Shown here in pieces: positions 39,005 to 48,473 of a stretch of DNA of 64,000 nucleotides; the stretch's first letter is position 1; each line of letters opens with the position of its first letter. Where the stretch lies: positions 192,001 through 256,000 of the forward strand of contig CAVVNQ010000002.1 in the NCBI GenBank assembly GCA_963749705.1. The letters are read 5' to 3'. Below the pieces are notes generated by a model. The model saw nothing but the letters and a program-made list of their open reading frames with translations, did no database searches and had not been told where the DNA came from. Position numbers and translations under genes: made by a program. The DNA comes from an uncultured Chloroflexia bacterium. Its GTDB lineage: Bacteria; Chloroflexota; Limnocylindria; Limnocylindrales; CSP1-4.

Positions 39005-40024
39005 ATGCCTCGAGACGTCGCGCCCCAGCCGGTCATCGACCTTGCGGAGGCGCGTGCCGCGGCTCGCCGGGCGCGGGACTGGCCGTTGGCCGACCGGCTC
39101 AAGGCCGACATCGAGGATGCCGGCTGGAAGGTGATCGACTCGGGCACGATGTACGACCTCGAGCGTGCCGCGGCGCCCGATGTCAGCGTGGACGGGATCG
39201 TTCGCCACGGGTCGAGCGCCACCGTGCCGTCGCGCCTGGCCGAGGCGCCGGTCGGAACCGCGTCGATCATCCTGGTCGCCAGCGACCGACCCGATGACCT
39301 GGCCCGCGCGATCCGCCAGCTGGTCGATCACGCGCCGGACGGGACGCAGATCGTCGTCGTCGCAAACGCGCCGTCGGCGGCGCAGGCGAGCGGGCTCGCG
39401 AGCCTTGACGCGATCGATCCCGGTGCCCCCGGCGTCATCACCGACGTGGTCTGGACCAGCGCCCGCCTGGGTCATGCGGCGGCCCTCAATGTCGGGATCC
39501 GCCGCACCGTGGCGCCGGTCGTGGTCGTGCTGGGCTCCGAGGTCGAGGTGGCCGGCGACGTGGTCACGCCGTTGGTGACGGCGCTCGAGGATCCCGGGGT
39601 CGCGGTCGCGGGGCCGTTCGGGCTCGTCTCAAGCAACCTGAGCCGGTTCGATCCCGCGCCCGACGGCGCGGTCGACGTGGACGCCATCGACGGCGCCCTG
39701 CAGGCGTTCCGACGCGCCGACTACGTGGAGCGCGGGCCGCTCGACGAGCGCTTCGTCACCGCCCCCAGCCTGGACGTCTGGTGGAGCCTCGTGCTCCGGG
39801 ACGGCGACGCTGACCCCGGTCTCGGTGCCGACCCAGGAGGCGATGCCGACACGCCGCCGGTCCACCGTCGCGCGGTCGTGGTCTCCGACCTGCCGGTCCG
39901 CCGGATCGAGCCGCCGGTCACGGGCGGCGATACGGACGCAGCGGCGCGCTCGGCCAGGCGCAACCAGTACCGGGTGCTCAAGCGGTTCGCGGCGCGGCGG
40001 GACCTCCTCGTCACTCACGGCTGA
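39005..40024 (+). CDS. GT2-like protein with N-terminal CysRS C-terminal-like domain
   Basis: ARAAARRARDWPLADRLKADIEDAGWKVID; GT-A elements (IVVVAN, LGHAAALNVG, GPLDERF). Confidence 0.7.
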   Translation: MPRDVAPQPVIDLAEARAAARRARDWPLADRLKADIEDAGWKVIDSGTMYDLERAAAPDVSVDGIVRHGSSATVPSRLAEAPVGTASIILVASDRPDDLARAIRQLVDHAPDGTQIVVVANAPSAAQASGLASLDAIDPGAPGVITDVVWTSARLGHAAALNVGIRRTVAPVVVVLGSEVEVAGDVVTPLVTALEDPGVAVAGPFGLVSSNLSRFDPAPDGAVDVDAIDGALQAFRRADYVERGPLDERFVTAPSLDVWWSLVLRDGDADPGLGADPGGDADTPPVHRRAVVVSDLPVRRIEPPVTGGDTDAAARSARRNQYRVLKRFAARRDLLVTHG

Positions 40025-40026
40025 CC

Positions 40027-40191
40027 GAAATGCGGGCCGGTCGACGCCGCTCCGCCAGGTGTGTACCGAGCCTGGCCGCGAGATTCTTCATTACAACCCC
40101 ATAACGAAACGGCGCCCGGGTCGTTTAGAGAACAGAGGCCTCGCGGATAACATCGTTCCCCCGGCGGTGTGGCACGGCGAGGCCTCATTTC
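40027..40191. ncRNA. Candidate rod-shaped structured RNA (6S-like)
   Basis: Nested end-to-end pairings GAAATG/CATTTC, GGCC/GGCC, CCGCC/GGCGG, CCGCGAG/CTCGCGG around an internal bubble; strand unresolved. Confidence 0.35.
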
Positions 40192-40238
40192 CTGCCCGTC
40201 GCACGGGCCTTCGGCCGTTCCGCCTCTATACTCCGGCC

Positions 40239-40400
40239 GTGCGTCGCTGGGTCTGCATCGTGGCCATGCTTGTCGGGTTCTCCGGTGACAGCTATGCGTG
40301 GACGGTCCGTCCCCGGATCCCGGTGCCGATCGAGCGACTCCTTGATCCCGGCGGTGCCGACGCGGACCTGCCGGAAGGCCCGTGGTGGAGGCTGACCTGA
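40239..40400 (+). CDS. Putative leaderless small protein (53 aa)
   Basis: TATACT 6 nt before GTG; stop overlaps GGAGG-N5-CTG in the frame of the next gene. Confidence 0.45.
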   Translation: MRRWVCIVAMLVGFSGDSYAWTVRPRIPVPIERLLDPGGADADLPEGPWWRLT

Positions 40401-42037
40401 ACTTCCCGCCGCCCGAGGACCCGGACGACCTCGCACCCTCGGGACGCCGTCGCGCCCTGCTCGCCGTCGTGGCCGTGCTGGTCGCGGCCGCGATGCTGGT
40501 CCGCCTGTGGCCGATGGGCAGGCCGGGGTCCGACCCGGTGGCTGCCGCCGATCCGGGCACCGTGACCGTGCTCGCGGGCGCACCGGCGTCGATCGACCCG
40601 GCCTTTCACGGCGACCTCGGGAGCGCCTCGTACGTGAGCCAGCTGTTCGAGACGCTGACGGCGGTCGACCCGTCGCTCACGGTGCAGCCCGCGCTGGCCG
40701 CGTCGTGGTCGATCGGCAATGACGGCCGACAGGTCGTGTTCACGCTTCGCCAGGGGCTGACGTTCAGCGACGGAAGCGCGCTCACCGCCGCCGACGTCGT
40801 CCGAAGCTGGCGACGCCTGTTCGATCCGGCGCATCCGTCGCCGCTCGCCTCGCTGGCGGCAGATGTCGTGGGTGCCCGGGACCTGCTGGGCGGTCGCTCA
40901 TCCGACCCGTCGACGCTCGGCGTCCACGCCGACGGCGACCTGCGCGTCGTGGTGGACATGGAGCGCGGCGGTGGCGACCTGCCGGCGATCGTGTCCGGCG
41001 CGCCCTTCGCCGTCGTCCCGCGGTCGGTCGGCAGCAGTGAGATCGCGCCCGAGCCTTCGACCTTCGTGGGCAGCGGGGGCTACGTCCTCTCGGACGTCCA
41101 GCCCGACGCCTTCGTGCTCACCGCCAACCCGCACTACTGGGCGGGCAAGCCGGCGATCGAGACCGTGCGGATGCTGACCACGATCGCCGGCCAGAGTCCG
41201 GTCGATGCGTTCGTCGCCGGCGACGTGGATGTCGCCCCGATCGGCTTCGTCGACGCGGGCTGGATCGCCTACGACCGCACCCTCGGGCCGTCGCTGCGCA
41301 GCGATCCGTCGCTGTCGGTGACCTACTACGGCTTCGACGCCCGGCAGCCGCCGTTCGACGATCCCCTCGTCCGGCGCGCCTTCGCCGAGGCGGTCGACTG
41401 GCGCCGCCTCGCCCGGCTCGACGAGGTGGGCTCGTCGGTCCCCGCGACGGGCATCGTTCCCGCGGGCATGCCCGGTGCCCCGAGCGGCGACTACATGCCT
41501 GCCTTCGATCCGGCGGGTGCGCGCGCGCTGCTGGCGCAGGCGGGCTTCCCCGGTGGCGCCGGCTTCCCGTCGGTCAGCTTCATCTCGAGCGGCGGTCGCT
41601 ACGACGAGGGGATCGTGGCCATGCTCCGGGACAACCTGGGGGTGACGGTCGACTACGCGACGATGGACTTCGGCCCCTACATCGATCGCCTGGCCGCGGA
41701 TCCGCCGGACATCTGGAACCTGTCCTGGGTGGCCGACTACCCGGGACCCAACGACTTCCTGGGCGTGCTCCTGGGCACGGGATCGACCGCAAACGAGGGC
41801 CGCTGGTCAAATCCGGAGTTCGACGCCGCGATCGCCGATGCGGGAGCCGCGACGAGCGCCGAGGAGGCCACCACCGCATACGCCCGGGCGATGGCGATCG
41901 TCCGTGACCAGGTGCCGATCGTGCCCGTGAGCTACGGGACATCGTTCTCGCTGGTGCGGGACGGCCTGCTCGGCGCCAGCCAGAACGGGCTCGGGATCAT
42001 GCGGCTGGCGGGGCTCGCGTGGAGGACGGGACAGTGA
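40382..42037 (+). CDS. ABC transporter substrate-binding protein, family 5 (OppA-like)
   Basis: LFETL, PALAASW, FSDG..LTAADV..SW, ANPHYW, PFDDPLVRRAF, WVADYP; start may be CTG 40397. Confidence 0.9.
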   Translation: MVEADLNFPPPEDPDDLAPSGRRRALLAVVAVLVAAAMLVRLWPMGRPGSDPVAAADPGTVTVLAGAPASIDPAFHGDLGSASYVSQLFETLTAVDPSLTVQPALAASWSIGNDGRQVVFTLRQGLTFSDGSALTAADVVRSWRRLFDPAHPSPLASLAADVVGARDLLGGRSSDPSTLGVHADGDLRVVVDMERGGGDLPAIVSGAPFAVVPRSVGSSEIAPEPSTFVGSGGYVLSDVQPDAFVLTANPHYWAGKPAIETVRMLTTIAGQSPVDAFVAGDVDVAPIGFVDAGWIAYDRTLGPSLRSDPSLSVTYYGFDARQPPFDDPLVRRAFAEAVDWRRLARLDEVGSSVPATGIVPAGMPGAPSGDYMPAFDPAGARALLAQAGFPGGAGFPSVSFISSGGRYDEGIVAMLRDNLGVTVDYATMDFGPYIDRLAADPPDIWNLSWVADYPGPNDFLGVLLGTGSTANEGRWSNPEFDAAIADAGAATSAEEATTAYARAMAIVRDQVPIVPVSYGTSFSLVRDGLLGASQNGLGIMRLAGLAWRTGQ

Positions 42038-43407
42038 GCGCCGCGAGCGCCCAGGCCGGCGTGCGGATGGGCCGCGTGCCGCGTCCGCTCCTCGCAGCGC
42101 TGGCGTGCGCCGCGGTCCTCCTGTCGTCGATGGCGCCGGCAACGGCCGCGGCCGGCGTCGTGTTCGGCACGCCGTCGGCATCGGTCAGCTACGACCAGTC
42201 GATCGAGTTCAGCGTCCCGGTCACGGCCGGCGAGGCGATCGACCGGTTGGAGCTGCACCTGACGTTCCCGGACTCGCTCGGGCCGTACATCGTCGAGGTG
42301 ACGCCGCCCGCGGGCTCGGCCACGCAGACGGCGCGCTACACGCTCGACCTCACAGGCGACGGCCACCTCGTGCCCAACACGACGATCGTCGAGCAGTGGG
42401 TGGCGACCACCGCCGCGGGCGTGCAGGCCAGCAGCCCGGAGCATTCCGTCCTGTACGCCGACACCACGCACGACTGGAGGTCCGTCAGGGGCGAGCTGAT
42501 GACGGTCCACTGGTACGACGGTGACCCGAGCTTCGCGCAGCGGGCGCTGGCGATCGGGGAGAAGGCGATCCACGACACGAGCGCCCTGCTGGGCGTGACC
42601 GAGAGCGATCCGGTCGACTTCTTCATCTACGGCGACGACGCTTCGTTCCGTGCCGCACTGGGGCCCGGAACCCGAGAGAACGTCGGCGGCCAGGCGCACG
42701 CGGACATCCGGACGCTGTTCGCGCTGATCACCCCCAACGCGATCAACGACCCGTGGGTCGGCGTCGTGGTGCCGCACGAGCTCGTTCACCTGGTGTTCGA
42801 CACCGCGGTCCGCAACCCGTACCGGTTCCCGCCCCGATGGCTCAACGAAGGGCTCGCGGTCTACCTGTCCGAGGGCTACACCCAGTCCGACCAGGGACGG
42901 GTCGCGAACGCCGTACGGTCGAAGGACCTGATCCCGCTCGACGCGCTGGGTGGCCAGTTTCCGACGGACGCCGACAAGACGTACCTCGCGTACGCGGAGA
43001 GCGTGTCCGCGATCGACCACCTGGTCCGGACCAAGGGCTCGGACACGCTGTACGGGCTGATCCTGGGCTACAAGGACGGGCTGACCGACGACGAGGCGTT
43101 CACCCGCGCGCTGGGCACGGACCTGGCGGGGTTCCAGGCGGGCTGGCTGAACGAGCTGGGCGCCGCTCCGCCGGTCAGGTATGGTCCGCAGCCGGCGCCG
43201 GCCGGGCCGTTGCCGGCCGAATGGGGCGGCGCGGACCAGACGCCCGCAGCCGGGGCTCCGTCGGCCGGGGTCACGCCCGCCGCAGGGCCGTCCTCACCGG
43301 CGAGCGCCGGAGGCGATGCCGGGCAGCTGTACCTCGCCGTTGCGGTGGTCGTGCTGGCCGTGGGTCTCGGCCTCGTTCTGGCCCGGCGGCGGAGTCGGGT
43401 CGCATGA
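42034..43407 (+). CDS. Peptidase MA-like (gluzincin) metallopeptidase, secreted with C-terminal TM anchor
   Basis: PHELVH...PRWLNEGLAVY, AYAES; signal peptide; C-terminal TM helix followed by RRR. Confidence 0.88.
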   Translation: MSAASAQAGVRMGRVPRPLLAALACAAVLLSSMAPATAAAGVVFGTPSASVSYDQSIEFSVPVTAGEAIDRLELHLTFPDSLGPYIVEVTPPAGSATQTARYTLDLTGDGHLVPNTTIVEQWVATTAAGVQASSPEHSVLYADTTHDWRSVRGELMTVHWYDGDPSFAQRALAIGEKAIHDTSALLGVTESDPVDFFIYGDDASFRAALGPGTRENVGGQAHADIRTLFALITPNAINDPWVGVVVPHELVHLVFDTAVRNPYRFPPRWLNEGLAVYLSEGYTQSDQGRVANAVRSKDLIPLDALGGQFPTDADKTYLAYAESVSAIDHLVRTKGSDTLYGLILGYKDGLTDDEAFTRALGTDLAGFQAGWLNELGAAPPVRYGPQPAPAGPLPAEWGGADQTPAAGAPSAGVTPAAGPSSPASAGGDAGQLYLAVAVVVLAVGLGLVLARRRSRVA

Positions 43408-44171
43408 GCGCCATCGCGGCTCGCGTTCGTGCGATCCCGAGCTGGCAGGTCACGCTCGGGTTTGCGTTGCTGGGCCTGGGCTTCCTCGTCGCGGCGCAGC
43501 TCGCGTCGGAGGGTCCGCGCATCCGGTACACGAGCCAGGAGCGGACGCCGCTGGTCGAGACGGCACGGGACCTCCAGGCACAGCAGGACGGGCTCAAGCA
43601 GCAGATCCTCGAGCTCCGCGGCGCCATCCAGGACCTGGAAGCGGCGGGCCAGGGCGGCGCCGCCATCACCCGCCAGCTCAACAGCGACCTGGAGAGCGCG
43701 CGGATCGCCGCCGGGCTGGTGGCCATGACCGGACCCGGCATCGTGCTCCAGCTGACGGACTCGGACGCGGCGGTCCCGCCCGACGGCAGCCAGCGCGACT
43801 ACCTGGTGTCAGGCCAGGACGTGCTGACGGTGGTCGAGGAGCTGTGGCTCGCCGGTGCCGAGGGCATCGCCGTCAACGGGGAGCGGATCGCCGTCGCCAC
43901 CGCCATCGTCGACATCGGCGGCTCGGTCCTGGTCAACTCCGCGTACATCGCGGCGCCCTACCAGATCTCGGCGATCGGCCCGGCGGACATGTTCGACCGC
44001 CTGACCCGGTCCGCGGGGTTCGTCGACTTCATCCGCGCCCGGTCGGAGACCTTCGGGATCGGCGTGTCCTACGCGGTCCCGGAATCCGTCGATCTTCCCG
44101 CCTATGCCGGATCGGTGCTGCTGCGGTACGGGCACACCATTCCGATCCCCGCATCATCGGCGGCTCCCTGA
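43404..44171 (+). CDS. DUF881 protein
   Basis: AGLVAMTGPGI...D, ELWLAGAEGIAVNGER, PYQISAIG. Confidence 0.9.
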   Translation: MSAIAARVRAIPSWQVTLGFALLGLGFLVAAQLASEGPRIRYTSQERTPLVETARDLQAQQDGLKQQILELRGAIQDLEAAGQGGAAITRQLNSDLESARIAAGLVAMTGPGIVLQLTDSDAAVPPDGSQRDYLVSGQDVLTVVEELWLAGAEGIAVNGERIAVATAIVDIGGSVLVNSAYIAAPYQISAIGPADMFDRLTRSAGFVDFIRARSETFGIGVSYAVPESVDLPAYAGSVLLRYGHTIPIPASSAAP

Positions 44172-44845
44172 TGCGTCGGCCGTCGGGTCGCCTCACGGTG
44201 AGCCTCGTGCTGATGCTGCTGGGCTTCCTGGTCGTCGTCCAGCTGCGCCTCCAGGCCGTCAACCCCGGCCTCGCCGGCCTGTCCGCGCAGGATCTGACCG
44301 TGCTGGTCGCCAACCTGACCACGCGCAACAACCAGCTGCGCGACGAGATCACGACGCTCGAGCGCCAGCGAGACTCGGTTTCGGCGGCCATCGACCGCGG
44401 CGACACCTCCGCCGTCCAGATCCGCACCGACCTCGGCAGGATCCAGGGATGGTCGGGTGCGCTGGCGATCACCGGTCCCGGGGTCCGCATCGTGGTGGAG
44501 GGGCCGATTGCGGGCGATGGCGTGAGCCAGCTGATCAACGAGCTGCGCAACGCCGGCGCCGAGGGGATCTCGATCGGCGGCATCCGCGACGTGCCCGGCG
44601 TCGTGGCGACCGGACCGGCTGACGCGCTGACGGTCAATGGCGTGACCCCGCCGGAGCCGCTGGAGATCCTCGCCGTCGGGCAGCCCGAGACGCTCACCGG
44701 GTCGCTGACCCGAGCCGGCGGCCCGATCGCCCAGCTGGCGGCACGATTCCCGGATACCACGGTGACCGTGATCGCCGTCGACGGCGTCACCCTGCCGGCC
44801 ACCGAGCGCAACCTCAACCCGATCCTCGGCAAGCCGCGTCTCTGA
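44171..44845 (+). CDS. DUF881 protein
   Basis: ITGPGV, INELRNAGAEGISI, ILAVG.PETL. Confidence 0.88.
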   Translation: MRRPSGRLTVSLVLMLLGFLVVVQLRLQAVNPGLAGLSAQDLTVLVANLTTRNNQLRDEITTLERQRDSVSAAIDRGDTSAVQIRTDLGRIQGWSGALAITGPGVRIVVEGPIAGDGVSQLINELRNAGAEGISIGGIRDVPGVVATGPADALTVNGVTPPEPLEILAVGQPETLTGSLTRAGGPIAQLAARFPDTTVTVIAVDGVTLPATERNLNPILGKPRL

Positions 44846-44919
44846 CAGCGCTCCGCCGCGCGCCGTCCCGATCTGGGGCCCCGGTCGGCATCCCGTGCGC
44901 CCTCTGCTACCCTCGGCCG

Positions 44920-45159
44920 GTGTCAGGAAGTCCCGTCCTCGAGCTGCTCCTGGGCGATGTCGTTCGCCTGCGGCGGCGCCATCCGTGCGGCGGGGATACC
45001 TGGCTCATCGACCGGCTGGGCGCGGACATCGGCCTCCGGTGCGAGACCTGCAACCGGCACACCCTGATCGCGCGGCCGTCGCTCGAGCGCAGGATCGCAG
45101 GGTTCGTCCGGCGCGGTGATCCCGGGATCAGCGCCGCGATCGGTCCACAGCGACCGTGA
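44920..45159 (+). CDS. DUF951 protein
   Basis: GDVVRLRRRHPCGG..W...RLGADIGLRCETC. Confidence 0.9.
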   Translation: MSGSPVLELLLGDVVRLRRRHPCGGDTWLIDRLGADIGLRCETCNRHTLIARPSLERRIAGFVRRGDPGISAAIGPQRP

Positions 45160-46814
45160 ACGATCGCGACACGGGGGCCGTCGCGATCGGACCGGCCGGT
45201 ACCGGCGCGGGCGGCGGGGAACCACAGTCGAGCGCGCTCGAGGTCTTCCGGAACCGTCCGTTCCTGCTGCTCTGGCTGAGCCAGGCGTTCACGCAGGTCG
45301 GCGGCAACATGGTCATCTATGGCCTGACCGTCATCATCCTCGAGTCCACGTCGTCGAAGACCGCGGTCAGCCTGCTCATCCTCACGTTCCTGGTGCCGGC
45401 GGTCCTGTTCTCGGCGCTGGCGGGCGTGTACGTCGATCGGGTGGACCGGCGCACGATCCTGGTGGTGACGAACCTGCTGCGCGCGGCGGCATTCGTGCTC
45501 ACCTTCCTCGCCGGCAGCAACCTGCCGGTGATCCTGGTCCTCAACGTCCTGGTCTCGACCATCACCGTGTTCTTCGGGCCGGCGGAGGCGGCGATGATCC
45601 CGCACCTCGTGCCGCGCCGCCAGCTCATCTCCGCCAACGGGATCTTCACGCTCACCCTCAATGCCGCGTTCGCGATCGGGTTCGCGCTGCTGGGACCGAT
45701 CGTGGTCACGATCGCCGGGGCGCCGGCCCTGATCCTGCTCGTCGCGGCCTGCTACCTGATGGCCGCGGCGTTCTGCTGGACGCTGCCGTCCGCCCCGCCG
45801 ACGCCGATCGAGGGAGGCTCGGCCCGGGGCGTGGTGGGTGATGCGGAGCAGGCCGTGGGGTCCACCATCGCGCAGCTGCGCGATGGCATCGACTTCATCC
45901 GCGCCAATCCGACGATCACCTGGTCGCTGTTCTACCTCGGCATCGCCGCCTCGCTGGTGGGCGTCCTCGGGGTCCTCGGCACGGACTTCGCGACGTCGTC
46001 GCTGGGGCTCGCGCCAAAGGACTTCGTGGTCGTCGTGCTGCCGCTCGGGTTCGGCATCGCGACCGGGATCCTGGTGCTCAACTCGTTCGGGCACATGGTC
46101 CCGCGCCGCCGGATCATCGAGAGTGGCCTGGTGGCCCTGGGCGTCCTGCTGGCGGCGCTTGCGGCCGCCGGTCCGATCTCGCGGTTCCTCAAGGGCGCGC
46201 AGGCGGCAACCGGGCTCACTGACCTGTCGGGCCTGACCTCGCTGCTGGCGATCGTGATCCTCATCGCCCTGCTGGCCGGTATGGCCTATGGGTTCGTCGC
46301 CATCCCGTCGCAGACGCAGCTCCAGGAGGAGCTGCCGGAGGAGGTTCGTGGCCGCGTGTTCGGGGTGCTCAACATGCTGGTGTCGGTTGCGAGCTTCCTG
46401 CCGATCATCGTGGTCGGCCCGGTCTCCGACCTCCTCGGCACCACGATCGTGCTGGTCCTGGTCGCCGCGTTCGTCGGCCTTTCGGGCGTGCTGTCGATCG
46501 TCACCCGGGGGCCGCTCAACGTGGTCGAGTCACGGGCGAGGGCGATCGGTCCGCTGACGCCGGCGGCGATCGACCCGATGGCCGTCAGCATTGCGACCGA
46601 GGTGGACGCGGAGGAGCGCCGCGGGCGCGAGAAGGCCGAGTTCGCCCATGCGCCGTCCGCCACCGGCGAGATTGGCGGCGGCGAGACGGGAGCCGGTGGC
46701 ACGGCTGGCGGCGGGAGCGGACCCGGCGAACTGGGCGGCGGCGCCGGTGGACGCGGACCCAGCGCGGGCTCGGACCCGGGCGCAGGTCCGCGAGGAGGCT
46801 CGGGCCCCGGATGA
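45156..46814 (+). CDS. MFS transporter with Gly-rich C-terminal tail
   Basis: RNRPFLLLW, AGVYVDRVDRR, FFGPAE, EVRGRVFG. Confidence 0.9.
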   Translation: MNDRDTGAVAIGPAGTGAGGGEPQSSALEVFRNRPFLLLWLSQAFTQVGGNMVIYGLTVIILESTSSKTAVSLLILTFLVPAVLFSALAGVYVDRVDRRTILVVTNLLRAAAFVLTFLAGSNLPVILVLNVLVSTITVFFGPAEAAMIPHLVPRRQLISANGIFTLTLNAAFAIGFALLGPIVVTIAGAPALILLVAACYLMAAAFCWTLPSAPPTPIEGGSARGVVGDAEQAVGSTIAQLRDGIDFIRANPTITWSLFYLGIAASLVGVLGVLGTDFATSSLGLAPKDFVVVVLPLGFGIATGILVLNSFGHMVPRRRIIESGLVALGVLLAALAAAGPISRFLKGAQAATGLTDLSGLTSLLAIVILIALLAGMAYGFVAIPSQTQLQEELPEEVRGRVFGVLNMLVSVASFLPIIVVGPVSDLLGTTIVLVLVAAFVGLSGVLSIVTRGPLNVVESRARAIGPLTPAAIDPMAVSIATEVDAEERRGREKAEFAHAPSATGEIGGGETGAGGTAGGGSGPGELGGGAGGRGPSAGSDPGAGPRGGSGPG

Positions 46815-48473
46815 GCGCGGCGCTGCGAGCCGGCCTGATCGTTCGCGGGCGGATCGCGACGCTCGCCGGATCCGATGGCCCGGGCTGGGTCGAGGCGGTC
46901 GCGGTCGCCGATGGGCGCGTGCTGGCGGCGGGCACCAGTGCGGACATCGAGCGGCTCGCGGGCGTCGGGACGCAGCGGATCCAGCTGCCGCCGGACGCGG
47001 TGGCGATCCCGGGCCTGACCGACGCGCACCTCCACCTGGTCGAGGCCGCGCTCGCCCGCGCGCGGGTGGACCTCCATGCGGCAGCCTCGATCGACGTGGC
47101 GCTCGACCGGGTCGCCGAGGCGGCGGCCGCGCAGCCCGATCCGGACCGCTGGATCGAAGGTGCCGGCTGGGACGCGGACCGGTTCGGACGGTGGCCGATG
47201 GCCGATGATCTCGAGCGCGTCGCCCCCGGCCGGCTCGTCGCGTTGTGGGCGCACGATCATCACGCGCTGCTCGTGAGCCGCCGGGCGCTGACGGAGGCGG
47301 GCATCGATCCCGGCCGGACCGATCCCGATGGCGGCGTGATCCGGCGCGATGCGGACGGACGGCCGACGGGCGTGCTCCACGAGACGGCGGCCCGCCTCGT
47401 GTCGGCGCGGATCCCGCCCCCGGATGCGGCGACGATCGAGTCGGCGATGCGGCCGCTTGCCCGCGAGCTGCTGGGACTGGGCGTGGTCGCCGTCCATGAT
47501 CCCGGGGGCCTGGCGCTCCAGGACGGCCTCCGCGGCCCGATCGCCGCGTACCGCCATCTCGCGGCCACGGACTCGCTCGACCTCCGCGTCCATGCGTGCA
47601 TCCGGCCCGAACAGCTCGACGCTGCCGAGGGGGAGGGCGTGCGCAGCGGTGCCCCGCTGGGCCCGGACCCCCGCGACCGCCTCCGGATGGGCTGGCTCAA
47701 GACGTTTGCGGACGGCACGCTCGGATCGCGGACGGCGGCGCTGCTGGATCCGCTCCAGCCGATCGCGGGCGAGCCGCCGCCGCCCAACGAGCGGGTATGG
47801 CGTGTGGATGGTGCCGCCGGACGCGCTTCGCGAGCAGGCCGCACGCGCCGCGGCCGCGGGCATCGCCACCCAGATCCACGCGATCGGAGACGCAGCGGTC
47901 CGGGCGGCGCTCGATGCCCTGGCCCCGACCGTCGGCACCACGCCGCTGATGCCCCGCGTGGAGCACGTCCAGCTCATCGCCGACGCCGACGTGCCACGGT
48001 TCGCGGCGCTCGGGATCGCGGCATCCGTGCAGCCGATCCATGTCCGGTCGGACGCGGCGAAGGCGCGCCGCCTGTGGGGTCCGCGGGCCGAGGCTCGCGC
48101 CTACGCCCTGGCCGCGCTTGCCCGGGCCGGCGCGGTCGTCCCCGCCGGGACCGACGCCCCGGTGGAGCCGGTGGACCCCTGGCCCGGGATCGCCTGCGCC
48201 GTCACCCGCGCCGCGCCGTCGTGGCCGGTGGGGACGCCCGCCTTCGGACCGGCCAACGCGCTGTCGCTGTGGCGGTCGATCCGGGCGAGCTGCGTCGACC
48301 CGGCGATCAGCGCGGGAGAAGGGGATCGGGGACGGCTGACCCCGGGTCAGCGCGCCGACATCGTGGTCATCCCGGCCGCGGCGATCAGCGAGCCGGTCGA
48401 GGTTGATGGTGCGCTGTGGCACGCACGTCCGCTGCTGGTCCTGGTGGACGGCGAGGTCGTCGCGGGCGCCTGA
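46811..48473 (+). pseudogene. Amidohydrolase_3 (YtcJ-like) with +1 frameshift near 47790 (possible sequencing error)
   Basis: PGLTDAHLH and KTFADGTLGSRTA in one frame; HAIGD, RVEHVQ, GTDAPV in the next; span is 3n+1. Confidence 0.82.

Noticed and set aside
46660-46814. Gly-rich MFS tail as a repeat element
   Set aside because: Low-complexity coding extension with no regular period.
46811-48473. Programmed ribosomal frameshifting in the three frameshifted genes
   Set aside because: No slippery sequences, and these families are not known for recoding; error or recent mutation is simpler.
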